A stretch of 61,337 bases of DNA, the filler included, from Chiloscyllium plagiosum (lineage: Eukaryota): the NCBI RefSeq assembly GCF_004010195.1. It is 5 parts of one record of this genome, joined end to end, with 100 filler letters (N's around TTAATTAATTAA, not from the genome) between each part and the next. Parts side by side here need not be neighbours in the genome. Positions count along the whole stretch, not along the records: positions 1 to 9,563 come from NC_057710.1; positions 9,664 to 23,548 come from NC_057710.1; 3 more parts are not named here. The stretch is one strand, 5' to 3'. A program made the position numbers and the translations under genes. The notes under the pieces are model-generated. The model was not told the origin of the DNA, ran no database searches, and saw only the letters and a list, made by a program, of their open reading frames with translations. Of this stretch, positions 1-10,813 are shown piece by piece (the first letter of the stretch is position 1; the number at the start of each line of letters is the position of its first letter).

Positions 1-186
1 CTCCCCACCCCCACCCTCCTCTAGCTTATCTCTCCACGCTCCAGGCTCACTGCCTTTATTCCTGATGAGGGGCTTTTGCCCAAAACGTCGATTTTGCTGC
101 TCCTTGGATGCTTCCTGAACTGCTGTGCTCTTCCAGCACCACTAATCCAGAAAATGGTTTCCAGCGTCTTCAGTCATTGTTTTTAC
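1..186 (+). mobile_element. Penelope-like element (family A) 3' terminal repeat with degenerate hammerhead motif
   Basis: Same sequence as the 3' end of the GIY-YIG element at 873-1814 and of 38138-38293. CTGATGA-G-GGGC-TTTT-GCCC-AAAA-CGTC at 62-89. Confidence 0.85.
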
Positions 187-461
187 TTCCACCACTTCCT
201 CTGGCAGCTCATTCCATACACGTACCACCCTTTGCGCGAACAGGTTGCCTCTTAGATCACTTTAAATCTTCCCGTCGATTTTGCTGCTCCTTGGATGCTT
301 CCTGAACTGCTGTGCTCTTCCAGCACCACTAATCCAGAAAATGGTTTCCAGCGTCTTCAGTCATTGTTTTTACTTCCACCACTTCCTCTGGCAGCTCATT
401 CCATACACGTACCACCCTTTGCGCGAACAGGTTGCCTCTTAGATCACTTTTAAATCTTCCC
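87..461. repeat. Tandem duplication of a 187/188-bp unit spanning a Penelope/CR1 junction
   Basis: 87-273 and 274-461 appear identical except for one extra T in a homopolymer. Confidence 0.95.
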
Positions 462-730
462 CTCTCACCCTAAACCGATGCCCTCTAGTTCAGGACTTCC
501 CCACACCAGAGAAAAGACCTTGTCTATTTACACTATCCATGACCTTCTTGATTTTATAAACCTCTATTAGGTCATCCTTCAGCCTTCGACGCTCCAGAGC
601 AAACAGCCCCAGCCTATGCAGCCTCTCCCTATAGGTCAAACCCTCCAATCCTGGCAACATCCCTGTAAATCTTTTCAGGTTTCACAATATTCTTCCTATA
701 GGAGGGTGACCAGAATTGCACACGATATTC
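374..730 (-). mobile_element. CR1 (HER1-like) LINE ORF2 C-terminal fragment
   Basis: Matches the minus-strand copies at 7589-9386 and 22732-23548 (CVQFWSP...LGLF...LRGDL region). Confidence 0.85.
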
Positions 731-739
731 CTATTGTAT

Positions 740-2300
740 TCATTGGTTGTAATCTTCCAATGTTCCTTAACCTCTTCAAAATTCCCAGTGGATTGAAAAC
801 CACAAATGTAACTCATCTGGTCAAGAAAGAAAGGATGCAGAAAGCAGGAAAGTATAGGCCAGTAAACATAATTGAGAGTGTGTTGCTGGAAAAGCACAGC
901 AGGTTAGGCAGCATCCGAGGAGCATGGAGTGGGGTGGAAGGTGATGACTAGGGGTTTCTGTCCTTGTTGCAGTTGGAGGAGTGGTAGTCTTCACCTTCCA
1001 CCCCACCAACCTCCGCATAAATCATATCATCCGCCGACATTTCTGCCACCTACAAACGGACCCCACCACCAGGGATATGTTTCCCTCCCCACCCCTATCT
1101 GCTTTCCACAAAGACCATTCCCTCCGTGATTACCTGGTCAGGTCCATGCCCCCTAACAAGCCACTCTCTCCTCCTGACACCTTCCCCTGCCACCACCGGA
1201 ATTGCAAAACATGCGCCCATACCTCACCCCTCACCTCTTTCCAAGACCCCAAAGGAGCCTTCCACACCCATCAAAATTTCACCTACACTTCCACACATGT
1301 CATATATTGTATCTGTTGCTCCCAATGTGGTCTCCTTTACATTGGGGAGACTGGATGCCTTCTCGCAGAGCACTTCAGGGATCATCTCCAGGACACTCAC
1401 ACCAATCAACCACACCGCACCGTGGCCCAACATTTCAACTCCACCTCCCACTCTGCTGTGGACATGCAGGTCCTAGGCCTCCTCCACCACCATTCCCTCA
1501 CCACCCGACGCCTGGGGAAGAACGCATCATCTTCCGCCTCGGAATACTTCCACCCCAGGGCATCAATGTGGACTTCACCAGTTTCCTCATTTCCCCTCCC
1601 CCAACCTTACCCCAGTTCCAATCTTTACCTTCCTCCTAGCCCCACCCCCCTCCCATTTATCTCTTCACCTCCAAGGCTCCCAGCCTAATTCATGATGAAG
1701 GGCTCTGGCCTGAAACATTGATTCTCCTGCTCCTCGGATGCTGCCTGATGTGCTTTGCTTTTCCAACAACACACTCTCGACTCTGATCTCACTATCTGTA
1801 GACCTCAGTTTCTCCCAGTAAACATAATGTCCACCATTGGGAAAATGCTGGGAGCCATTACTAAAAAGGTACTTACAAAATCAGAATACAATCAGGCAGA
1901 ATCAGAATGGTTTTGATTCAGAAGGAGAAATTGTGTTTGACTTAATTATTATGAGTTTGTTGAGGTTGTAGCAAACAGGGAGGATAGAGGGGAATGAGTA
2001 GATGCTGTGTTGGAAAAAATAAGAACACATGGCGTTGGGAATGAAATACTCACAACCGATCAGGTATCTAACAGGAAACAGAGAATCAGTCAGGAACATC
2101 TAGGCAATAGTGACCTGATAGAGCTTTTTCAAGAAATGAAAGATTTCGATAGGGTGGATACAGAGGAAAATGAAAGATTTTGATAGGGTGGATACAGAGG
2201 AAACGTATTCATCTGTGTTTTGTCTTGTAGGAAGAGCGTAGCTGGAGGCCATCACTTTAAAATAGTCATCAAGAAATCCAACAGAGAATTCAAAAGGAAT
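740..2300 (+). mobile_element. Old CR1 LINE fragment interrupted by a Penelope insertion
   Basis: Translates to ...NVTHLVKKERMQKAGKYRPV (CR1 RT N-terminal KKG..PGNYRPV motif) and resumes after 1828. Confidence 0.65.
873..1814 (+). mobile_element. 5'-truncated, 5'-inverted Penelope-like element with GIY-YIG endonuclease remnant
   Basis: ORF 981-1688 contains FPCHHRNCKTC and VIYCICCSQCGLLYIGET (GIY-YIG). 14-bp TSD ccagtaaacataat at 859-872 and 1815-1828. Confidence 0.92.
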
Positions 2301-2389
2301 GTGCGGCATCTGCTCTGATTATGCTACTTTTCATGATCATGCTTCTGATATGGTTTCATCTTTCTCCAATTAAGGATTCAGCCCCCGCA

Positions 2390-2565
2390 CTGTCTCTCTA
2401 TATCTCTGTGCTCCTTTAAGACACTCCAAAAACTTACCTCATTGATCAAGTTCTTGATAACTAACTTTAGTATTGCCTTACTTGGCTGGATGTGGTATTT
2501 TGCTTTATAATTCCTCTGTGAAGTGTCTTCGGAAGCTGTGTTCCATGTCTGATGTAAAATAAACA
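2390..2565 (+). mobile_element. Degenerate L2-like LINE 3' end
   Basis: Resembles L2 tails (ctccaaaaacttacctcattgatcaag...ctgtgaagtgtcttcgg). Recognised from memory only. Confidence 0.4.
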
Positions 2566-2879
2566 CACGTTATTGGTGTTGGCTACTTCACTCCAAGCAA
2601 TTTCCAGGCCACAATATCTATAGGCTATCCAATTTACGAACCACAGGTTCTTGGAAGAATAACTGTGCAAGTTATGCCAGAAATTTCTTGAGAAATCTAA
2701 ACTACCAGCAATGGTGAAGAAAGTAAAACATGGTGGTCAGAGGTCCCACTGATCCACCACCATAAAATTGATTAACCAGGAGAGACTAAAAATGGCATTT
2801 TACATCTTAAGCACTAAACAATATAAAGTAGTTAAAACAGCTTGGGCAAAGAAAGATTTCCCTTTGAGAATAATGTATT

Positions 2880-3276
2880 GTATGTGTCAACAGCTGGGGT
2901 ATCAGCTGCAGTGATGGCAGAGCAGGGATTCTTGTCCTCGTGTGCCTGATGTGTGAGCTCTTGGCATGGTAGTGGGGCATCAGCTGCAGCAAAAGCAGAG
3001 CGAGGACTCCTGGCTGTGGTAGGCCTAGAGAATGCATTCTTTTGGTGGCAACAGACCTTTGACTAGAGCTGTATCAGAGTGGGGGGGCTCCTGACTGTCA
3101 TAGCCCTGGAGCATGGTCCTTGCAAAGGTCCCATGAGGATGAACCCTATTTAAGTAGTTTTATTTTATTCCTTTGCACCTCAAAATGGCACCAGATTGTG
3201 GGACAGAACACTCTTCACTGTATCTCTCTGAATATATGTGACAATAAATCATTCATTCATTCATTCATTCATTCAT
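2880..3276 (+). mobile_element. Unclassified retroposed repeat ending in aataaa(TTCA)n
   Basis: 3' part (caaaatggcaccagattgtgg...ttcactgtat...aataaatcattc) is similar to 40782-40880, and it has a microsatellite tail. Confidence 0.5.
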
Positions 3277-3324
3277 CACTCCTGTATTGTGATAAGAGCA
3301 GCCTGACAATGATAAGGAACAATC

Positions 3325-3452
3325 GAAAATGGTGGTGCTGGAAAAGCACAACAGGTCAGGCAGCATCTGAGGAGTAGGAGAGTTGATGTTTCAGGCATAA
3401 GCCACCTTTTTCGCCTCTGACTCACCAGCATCCACAGTCCTCACTTTCTCCC
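3325..3452. mobile_element. Penelope family A mini-element with internal inversion
   Basis: Minus-oriented terminal-repeat piece joined to a plus-oriented extreme 3' end (ccagcatccacagtcctcactttctcc). Confidence 0.75.
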
Positions 3453-4102
3453 AACATTACGGAAGAGAAAGGTTTGGAAGCAAGAATTGTTGCATATTAC
3501 AAAAAGCCACCTTTGACCCACAGAACCAGGCAGTCGTTTCTGGATTTCTCAATGAGGTCGTTTGTGAAGCACGACACATTCTTCTTGAAGTAGTTACATC
3601 TCAATTTCTGGCCAAATACCTCTGCAGTCCACCTCAACAAAGAAGTCCAACATTGCCAGTGACTATTGGATTATCCTCAGTGATGTTATATAACATTGTA
3701 TCTTTCATAGTAACCTTGAGTAATCGCAATCACATTAGTTAACACTGAGCACAACACTAAGAAAGTCAAAGCTATTTTGTTCAGACAGGGATCTCAACTT
3801 ATCAACTTCTGTAAGATCAAAGTGGAGATGATTTGGATTTCTCAGGGTTTATCAGAGTTTTAGATAAAGGTACTCATGTTGCAGAATAATACCATTCAGA
3901 AAATGTCAGTCCTGCCAAGTACTAAGGAGTGTGAAGGAAAGCATTTTTCCTATGGTTATAGGAGTTGTCAGAGAGAGACCTGTAGAGATTGCAGAAAGCC
4001 CAGAGCCAGCTGCAAATGAAAAACCTGAGACAACAATGAACAAGTTTCTAATAAACATCAGTCTTAGGCATTCATCAAAAGAAATGCTCTATTGAATGGG
4101 AT

Positions 4103-4268
4103 AAACAGAAAGTTGTGGAGAAACTCAGCAAATCTCTTCTTCAGAGTCATACTGGACTCAAAACGTTCACCCTGTTTCTCTCTCCACAGATACTGCCAGA
4201 TCTCCTGAGTTTTTCCACCACTTTCTGTTTTCTTTCAGATTTCCAGCATCAGCAATATTGTGCTTTTG
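4103..4268. mobile_element. Penelope family C mini-element, fold-back form
   Basis: aaacagaaagttgtggagaaactcag is inverted relative to ctgagtttttccaccactttctgttt. A hammerhead remnant gagtcatactggactcaaaacgtt lies between them. Confidence 0.7.
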
Positions 4269-4788
4269 GTTGAATAAACTCATGGATTGCCTAACCCATA
4301 ACAATAGGGAGTTGAAGTTGGTTTGCGTCATATTTGTTCTTCAGTGGCATCATTGGCAATTAATCTTTCTAGTGTTTGATCCCACTTTAAAATATATGGG
4401 ACCTTTTATTCGGTCTTCTGGGTGGATGCCTTACAAAGAGAATTGAAGATTACAGAGATAGGTAGTGCCTCTTATCAATGAACTCCACCTGCATGGTTGT
4501 GTTCTGCACATGAAACTGATTATCTCTGGGATAAGACTCCTCAGCGAAGGGCAGACATTTCTCCATCTTGCGATATGGGAAGCCTGGATCCTTCTCTTGC
4601 TTTTACCATATCCTATTCACATGTGCCCCTTGTTTCAGCCACGGTTTTTTTGTTAGCCAAGTCCCCAGGCTGTTGCTGGATGAGATAAGTCTCCATGATA
4701 GAGTGAACGAGGCTGCTGCAGATGAGGCACTATCAGGCATCTTCTGGCACAGCATCACCTGCAAGAGTTGCAAAAAACTGTAGACACG

Positions 4789-5666
4789 TGTTACTCTGGA
4801 GAAATAACTGAGCAATGAGGAAAGACTTGACATTGTTTTTATTTTATCCTTTCATCATTTTTGAGTTAAGAGCCATAAATGACTGCTGGACTTTGGGACA
4901 GGCTGTGTTACAAACAAAAGAGCAAACTAGGTGAGCTTTGTGTTCTGAAGAAGGGTTGCTGGACCAAAAATGCTGAATCTGATTTCTCTCCATCGATGCT
5001 GCCAGACCAGCTGAGATTTTCCAGCAATCTCTGTTTTTGTTTTTTTTTAAAGTTTTTATTTGAAATAAGCTTTCTGTGAGATGGTCTGGGCTACTGCTGA
5101 GACAGCATGAAGATTTGAAAGCTCTCTGATTAATCTGATACCGCAGCTTCCGAATCCCAAAGAGATAAAAGCTGCATAAGGAATATTGCTGCCTTTGCCT
5201 GGGGAACTGAGAAGCTAACCCAACGTTTCAAATTAAACAGCCAAGGAGCCCACATGTATGCCTGTGAAACAACACATTATGAAGGACATTTAAGTGATCT
5301 GACCTGTTTTGTTATTTTTTTCTTTTTATCCCTTAACTGTATTCAATTGTCTGTCTGCCTGTGTGAATGACAGCTGGAAATAAATGTTTTGGGTTTAAAG
5401 CACAAATGTTAATCAGCTCACTATGCTGTTTAATTTTTTTTCCCCTGCTAATGTTAGTTTGCATTTAATCAATTGTTAAATCTTTTGTTTAAGGTACAAA
5501 ACTGTGGCTGGAAATTAATTTTTCAAGAGTCTGTGATTGGTTATTTAAAAGTTTGCTTAGGAACTGTTGGAATGACTCTTCAGTGTCTTTGATGGTTTAG
5601 TTTGACTGTGTTGCAAATACAGAGGTGGAAACACTGCTTTCAGCTGCCTACCTCTGCATTGCAACA
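4789..5666 (+). mobile_element. Putative solo LTR
   Basis: TGTTAC...GCAACA imperfect terminal inverted ends and internal aataaa. No clean TSD was found. Confidence 0.3.
4941..5045 (+). mobile_element. Penelope family C mini-element starting at the hammerhead motif
   Basis: gttctgaagaagggttgctggaccaaaaatg...gatgctgccagaccagctgag, homologous to 58649-58781. Confidence 0.75.
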
Positions 5667-5727
5667 GGTTTTACTTCATTCCACTTATTGTAGTCAAATT
5701 TCTCAAGTGGCGCCTGAAACTGGCATT

Positions 5728-7588
5728 TAACAAAGAACAAAAAGAACAAAGAACATTACAGCAGAAGAACAAGCTCTTCGGCCCTTCAAGCCTGCGCCGA
5801 TCCAGATCATCTGCGTAAACCTGCTGCCTTCTAAGGATCTGTATCCCTTTGCTGCATGCCAATTCCTGTCCAGGTACATCTTAAATGACATTATCGTTCC
5901 CGCCCCACCACTTCCACTGGCAATGCATTCCAGGCATCCACCACCATTTGCATAAAGAACTTTCCACGTATATCTCCCCTAAACATTTCCCCTCTCACTT
6001 TGAACTCATGACCCCTAGTAATTGAGTCCTCCACTCTGGGAAAACATTTCTTGCTATCCACCCTGTCTACACCTTTCATAACTTCATATGCCTCAATCAG
6101 GTCCCCTCTCAACCTCCTTCTCTCTAACTAAAATAATCCTAATCTACTCAACCTCTCCTCATAACTAGCGCCCTCCATACCAGGCAACATCCTGGTGAAC
6201 CTCCTCTGCACCCTCTCCAAATCATTTATGTCCTTTCGGTCATGTGGTGGCCAAAGCTGTATGCAGTATTCCAGATGTGGCTGAACCACAGTCTTATACA
6301 ACTTTAACAAGACCTGTCAACTCTTGTACTCAATACCCCATTCGATGAAGGAGAGCATGCCATATGCCTTCTTGACCACTCTATTGACCTGCGTTGCCAC
6401 CTTCAGGGAACAATGGACCTGAACACCCAGATCTCTCTGTAAATAAATTTTCCCTAGGACTTTTCCTTTGACTGTATAGTTCGCTGTTGAATTGCATTTT
6501 TCAAAATGAATGACCTCACGTTTGTCTGGATTGAACTCCAGCTGCCATTTTTTTGCCCAACTCTCTAATCTCTCTATATTCTGCTGTATTCTCAGACAGT
6601 CCCCTTCACTATCTGCCACTCCACCAATCTTAGTGTCATCTACAAACTTGCTAATGAGGCAACCTACACCTTCCTCCAAACCATTTATGTATGTCACTAA
6701 CAACAGTCATCCCAGCACGGATCCCTGTGGGACACCATTGGTCACAGATCTCCATTTTGAGGAGCTCCCTTTCACTTCTATTCTGTGTCTCATGTTGCCC
6801 AACCAGTTCTCTATCCATCGAGCTAGAACACACTGGACTCCTTGTGACTTCACCTTCTTCATCAGCCTACCATGGGGAACCTTATCAAATGCATTACTAA
6901 AGTCCATGTATATAACATCCACAGCACTTTCCCTCATCATCCAACTTTGTCACCTCTTCAAAGAATTCTATTAGGTTTGTAAGACATGACCTTCCCTGCA
7001 AACAACCATACTGCCTATCACTGATAAGCTCATTTCCCTCCAAATGTAAATGCACAATACCATGCTGCTTATCACTGATAAGCCCATTCTCTTCCAAATG
7101 GCTATATATTCTATACCTTAGTATCTTCTTCAGTAGCTTCCTTACCACCGACTTCAGGCTCACAGGTCTGTAATTACCTGGGATTATCCCTGCTATCCTT
7201 TTTAAACAAGGGGACAACATTAGCAATTCTCAAGTCCTCTGGGACCTCCCCCATGTTCAAGGATGCTGCAAAGATATCTATTAAAGTTCCAACTATTTCC
7301 TCTCTTACTTCCCTCAGTAACCTGGGATAGATCCCATCCGGACCTGAGAACTTGTCCACCTGAATGCCTTTTAGAATACACAACACTTCCCCCCTCCTTC
7401 TGCTGACTTGATCGAGAGTAATTAAAGATCTATCCCTTACCTTAACATCCGCCATGTCCCTCTTCTCATTGAAAACAATGCAAAGTACTCATTAAGAATT
7501 TCATACATTCCCTCTGACTCCATGCATATCTTTCCCCCTTTGTCCTTGAGAGGGACTACCCTGTTGCTAGTTACCCTGTTGCTCCTTA
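5728..7588 (-). mobile_element. CR1 LINE, 3' 1.9 kb of ORF2 (frameshifted RT) with GAACAAA-type repeat tail
   Basis: ORF pieces contain [42 protein letters not shown] and YCIQLWPP. Confidence 0.95.
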
Positions 7589-9386
7589 CATAGATTCATA
7601 GAGTCATAGAGATGTATAGCACGGAAACAGACACTTCAGTCCAACTCATCCATTCTGACCAGATATCCCAACCCAATCTAGTCCCACCTGCCAGCACCCA
7701 GCCCATATCCCTCCAAACCCTTCCTATTCATATACCCATCCAAATGCCTCTTAAATGTTACAATTGTACCAGCTTCCGCCACTTCCTCTGGCAACTTATT
7801 CCATGCACGTACCACCCTCAGCATGAAAAAGTTACCCCTTAAGTCTCTTTTATATCTTTCCCCTCTCACCCTAAACCTATGGCCTCTAGTTCTGGACTCC
7901 CCGACACCAGGGAAAAGATTTTGCCTATTTATCCTATCCATGGCCTTCATGATTTTGTAAACCTCTATAAGGTCACCCCTCAGCCTCCGACGCTCCAGGG
8001 AAAACAGCCCCAGCCTGTTCAGCCTCTCGCTATAGCTCAAATTCTCCAACCCTCGCAACATCCTTGTAAATTTTTTCTGAACCATTTCAAATTTCACAGC
8101 ATCTTTCCGATAGGAAGGAGACCAGAATTGCACGCAATATTCCAACAGTGGCCTAACTAATGTCCTGTACAGCCGCAACATGACCTCCCAACTCCTGTGC
8201 TCAATACTCTGACCAATAAAGGAAAGCATACCAAACGCCTTCTTCACTATCCTATCTACCTGCAACTCCACATTCAAGGAGCTATGAACCTGCACTCCAA
8301 GGTCTTTCTGGTCAGCAACACTGTCTCGGACCTTACCATTAAGTGTATAAGTCCTGCCAAGATTTGCTTTCCCAAAAATGCAGCACCTCGCATTTATCTG
8401 AATTAAACTCCATCTGCCATTTCTCAGCCCATTGGCCCATCTGGTCAAGATCCTGTTGTAATCTGAGCTAACCTTCTTCGCTGTCCACTGCACCTCCAAT
8501 TTTGGTGTCATCTGCAAACTTACTAACTGTACCTCTTATGCTCACATCCAAATCATTTATGTAAATGACAAAAAATAGTGGACCCAGCACTGATCCTTGT
8601 GGCACTCCACTGGTCATAGGCCTCCAGTCTGAAAAACAACCCTCCACCACCACCCTTTGTCTTCTACCTTTGAGCCAGTTCTGTATCCAAATGGCTAGTT
8701 CTCCCTGTATTCAATGAAATCTAACCCTGCTAATCAGTCTCCCATGAAGAGCCTTGTCAAACGCCTTACTGAAGTCCATAGAGATCAGGTCTACCCCGCT
8801 GCCCTCATCAATCCTGTTTGTTACGTCTTCAAAAGACTCAATCAAGTTTGTGAGACATGATTTCCCACTTGCAAAGCCATGTGACTATCCCTAATCAGTC
8901 CTTGCCTTTCCAAATACAGGTACATCCTGCCTCTCAGGATTCCCTCCAACAATATGCCCCCCAACGTCAGGCTCACTGGTCAATAGTTCCCTGGCTTGTC
9001 CTTACCACCTGCTTTAAATAGTGAACCACATTTGCCAACCTCCAGTCTTTCGGCACTTTACCTGCGACTATCGATGATACAAATATCTCAGCAAGAGGCC
9101 CAGCAATCACTTCTCTAGCTTCTCACAGGGTTCACCTGATCAGGTTCTGGTGATTTATCCACTTTTATGCATTTCAAGACATCCAGCACTTCCTCCTCTG
9201 TAATTTGGACATTTATCAAGATGTCACCATCTATTTCCCTACATTCTATATCTTCCATGTCCTTTTCCGCACTAAACACTGATGCAAAATACTTGTTTAG
9301 TATCTCTCACAATTCTCGCGACTCCACACAAAGGCTGCCTTCCTGATCTTTGAGGGGCCCTATTCTCTCCCTAGTTATCCTTTTGT
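7589..9386 (-). mobile_element. CR1 (HER1-like) LINE with CTCTATGA-type tail
   Basis: [18 protein letters not shown] and a 279-aa C-terminal ORF. Tail catagattcatagagtcatagag on +. Confidence 0.95.
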
Positions 9387-9563
9387 CATACAGTCATAGA
9401 GTCATAGAGATGTACAGCATGGAAACAGACCCTTCGGCGCAACCCGTCCATGCCGACCAGATATCCCAACCCAATCTAGTCCCACCTGCCAGCACCCGGC
9501 CCATATCCCTCCAAACCCTTCCTATTCAAATACCCATCCAAATGCCTCTTAAATGTTGCAATT
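9387..9563 (-). mobile_element. CR1 (HER1-like) 3' end running into an assembly gap
   Basis: Near-identical to 7589-7767. Confidence 0.9.
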
Positions 9564-9663
9564 NNNNNNNNNNNNNNNNNNNNNNNNNNNNNNNNNNNNN
9601 NNNNNNNTTAATTAATTAANNNNNNNNNNNNNNNNNNNNNNNNNNNNNNNNNNNNNNNNNNNN
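9564..9663. other. Artificial scaffold spacer (N44-TTAATTAATTAA-N44)
   Basis: The same 100-bp structure occurs four times, and the linker gives stops in all six frames. Confidence 0.97.
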
Positions 9664-10045
9664 TGCCTTTCTGTTCTTGCCACCAAAGTGGATAAGCATA
9701 CATTTATCCACATTAAACTGCATCTGCCATGCATCTGACCACTCACCTAACCTGTCCAGGTCACCCTGTAATCTCCTAACATCCTCCTCACATTTCACCC
9801 TGCCACCCAGCTTAGTATCATCAGCAAATTTGCTAATGTTATTACTAATACCATCTTCTATATCATTAACATATATTGTAAAAAGCTGCGGTCCCAGCAC
9901 TGATCCCTGCGGTACCCCACTGGTCACTGCCTGCCATTCCGAAATGGAGCCTTTTATCACTACTCTTTCTTTCCTATCAGCCAACCAACTTTCAATCCAA
10001 GTTAGTACTTTGCCCCCAATACCATGCACCCTAATTTTGCTCACT
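9664..10045 (-). mobile_element. CR1 LINE RT fragment (different subfamily)
   Basis: [19 protein letters not shown]...SKFADDTK...WQMQFNVDKC. Confidence 0.92.
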
Positions 10046-10813
10046 TTTTGGGAAAGCAAATCTTAGCAGGGCTTATACACTTAATGGTAAAGTCCTTGGG
10101 AGTGTTGCTGAACAAAGAGACCTTGGAGTGCAGGTTCATAGCTTCTTGAAAGTGGTGTCGCAGCTAAATAGGATAGTAAAGAAGGCATTTGGTATGCTTT
10201 CCTTTATTGGTCAGAGTATTGAGTATAGGAGTTGGGAGGCCATGTTATGTGGCTGCATAGGACATTGGTTAGGCCACTGTTGGAATATTGTGTGCAATTC
10301 TGGTCTCCTTCCTATCGGAAAGATGTTGTGAAACTTGAAAGGGTTCAGAAAAGATTTATAAGGATGTTGCCAGGTTTGGGGGATTTGAGCTATAGGGAGA
10401 GGCTGAACAGGCTGGGGCTGTTTTCCCTGGAGCATAGGAGTCTGAGAGGTGATCTTATAGAGGTTTACAAAATTATGAGGGGCATGGATAGGATAAATAG
10501 GCAAAGTCTTTTCCCTGGGGTCGGGGAGTCCAGAACTAGAGCATAGGTTTAGGGTGAGAGGGGAAAGATATAAAAGAGACCAAAGAGGCAGAGGGTGGTA
10601 TGTGTATGGAATGAGCTGCTAGAGGAAGTGGTGGAGGCTGGTACAATTGCAACATTTAAGAAGCATTTGGATGGGTATATGAATAGGAAGGGTTTGGAGG
10701 GATATGGGCCGGGTGCTGGCAGGTGGGACTAGATTGGGTTGGGATATCTGGTCGGCATGGACGGGTTGGACTGAAGAGTCTGTTTCCATGCTGTACATCT
10801 CTATGACTCTATG
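10046..10813 (+). mobile_element. CR1 (HER1-like) 3' fragment
   Basis: LVRPLLEYCVQFWSP...; ends in a ctctatgactctatg tail. Confidence 0.93.

Noticed and set aside
3455..4100. 55-80 codon open frames on both strands as exons
   Set aside because: No convincing paired splice sites or recognisable motif; such lengths are expected by chance.
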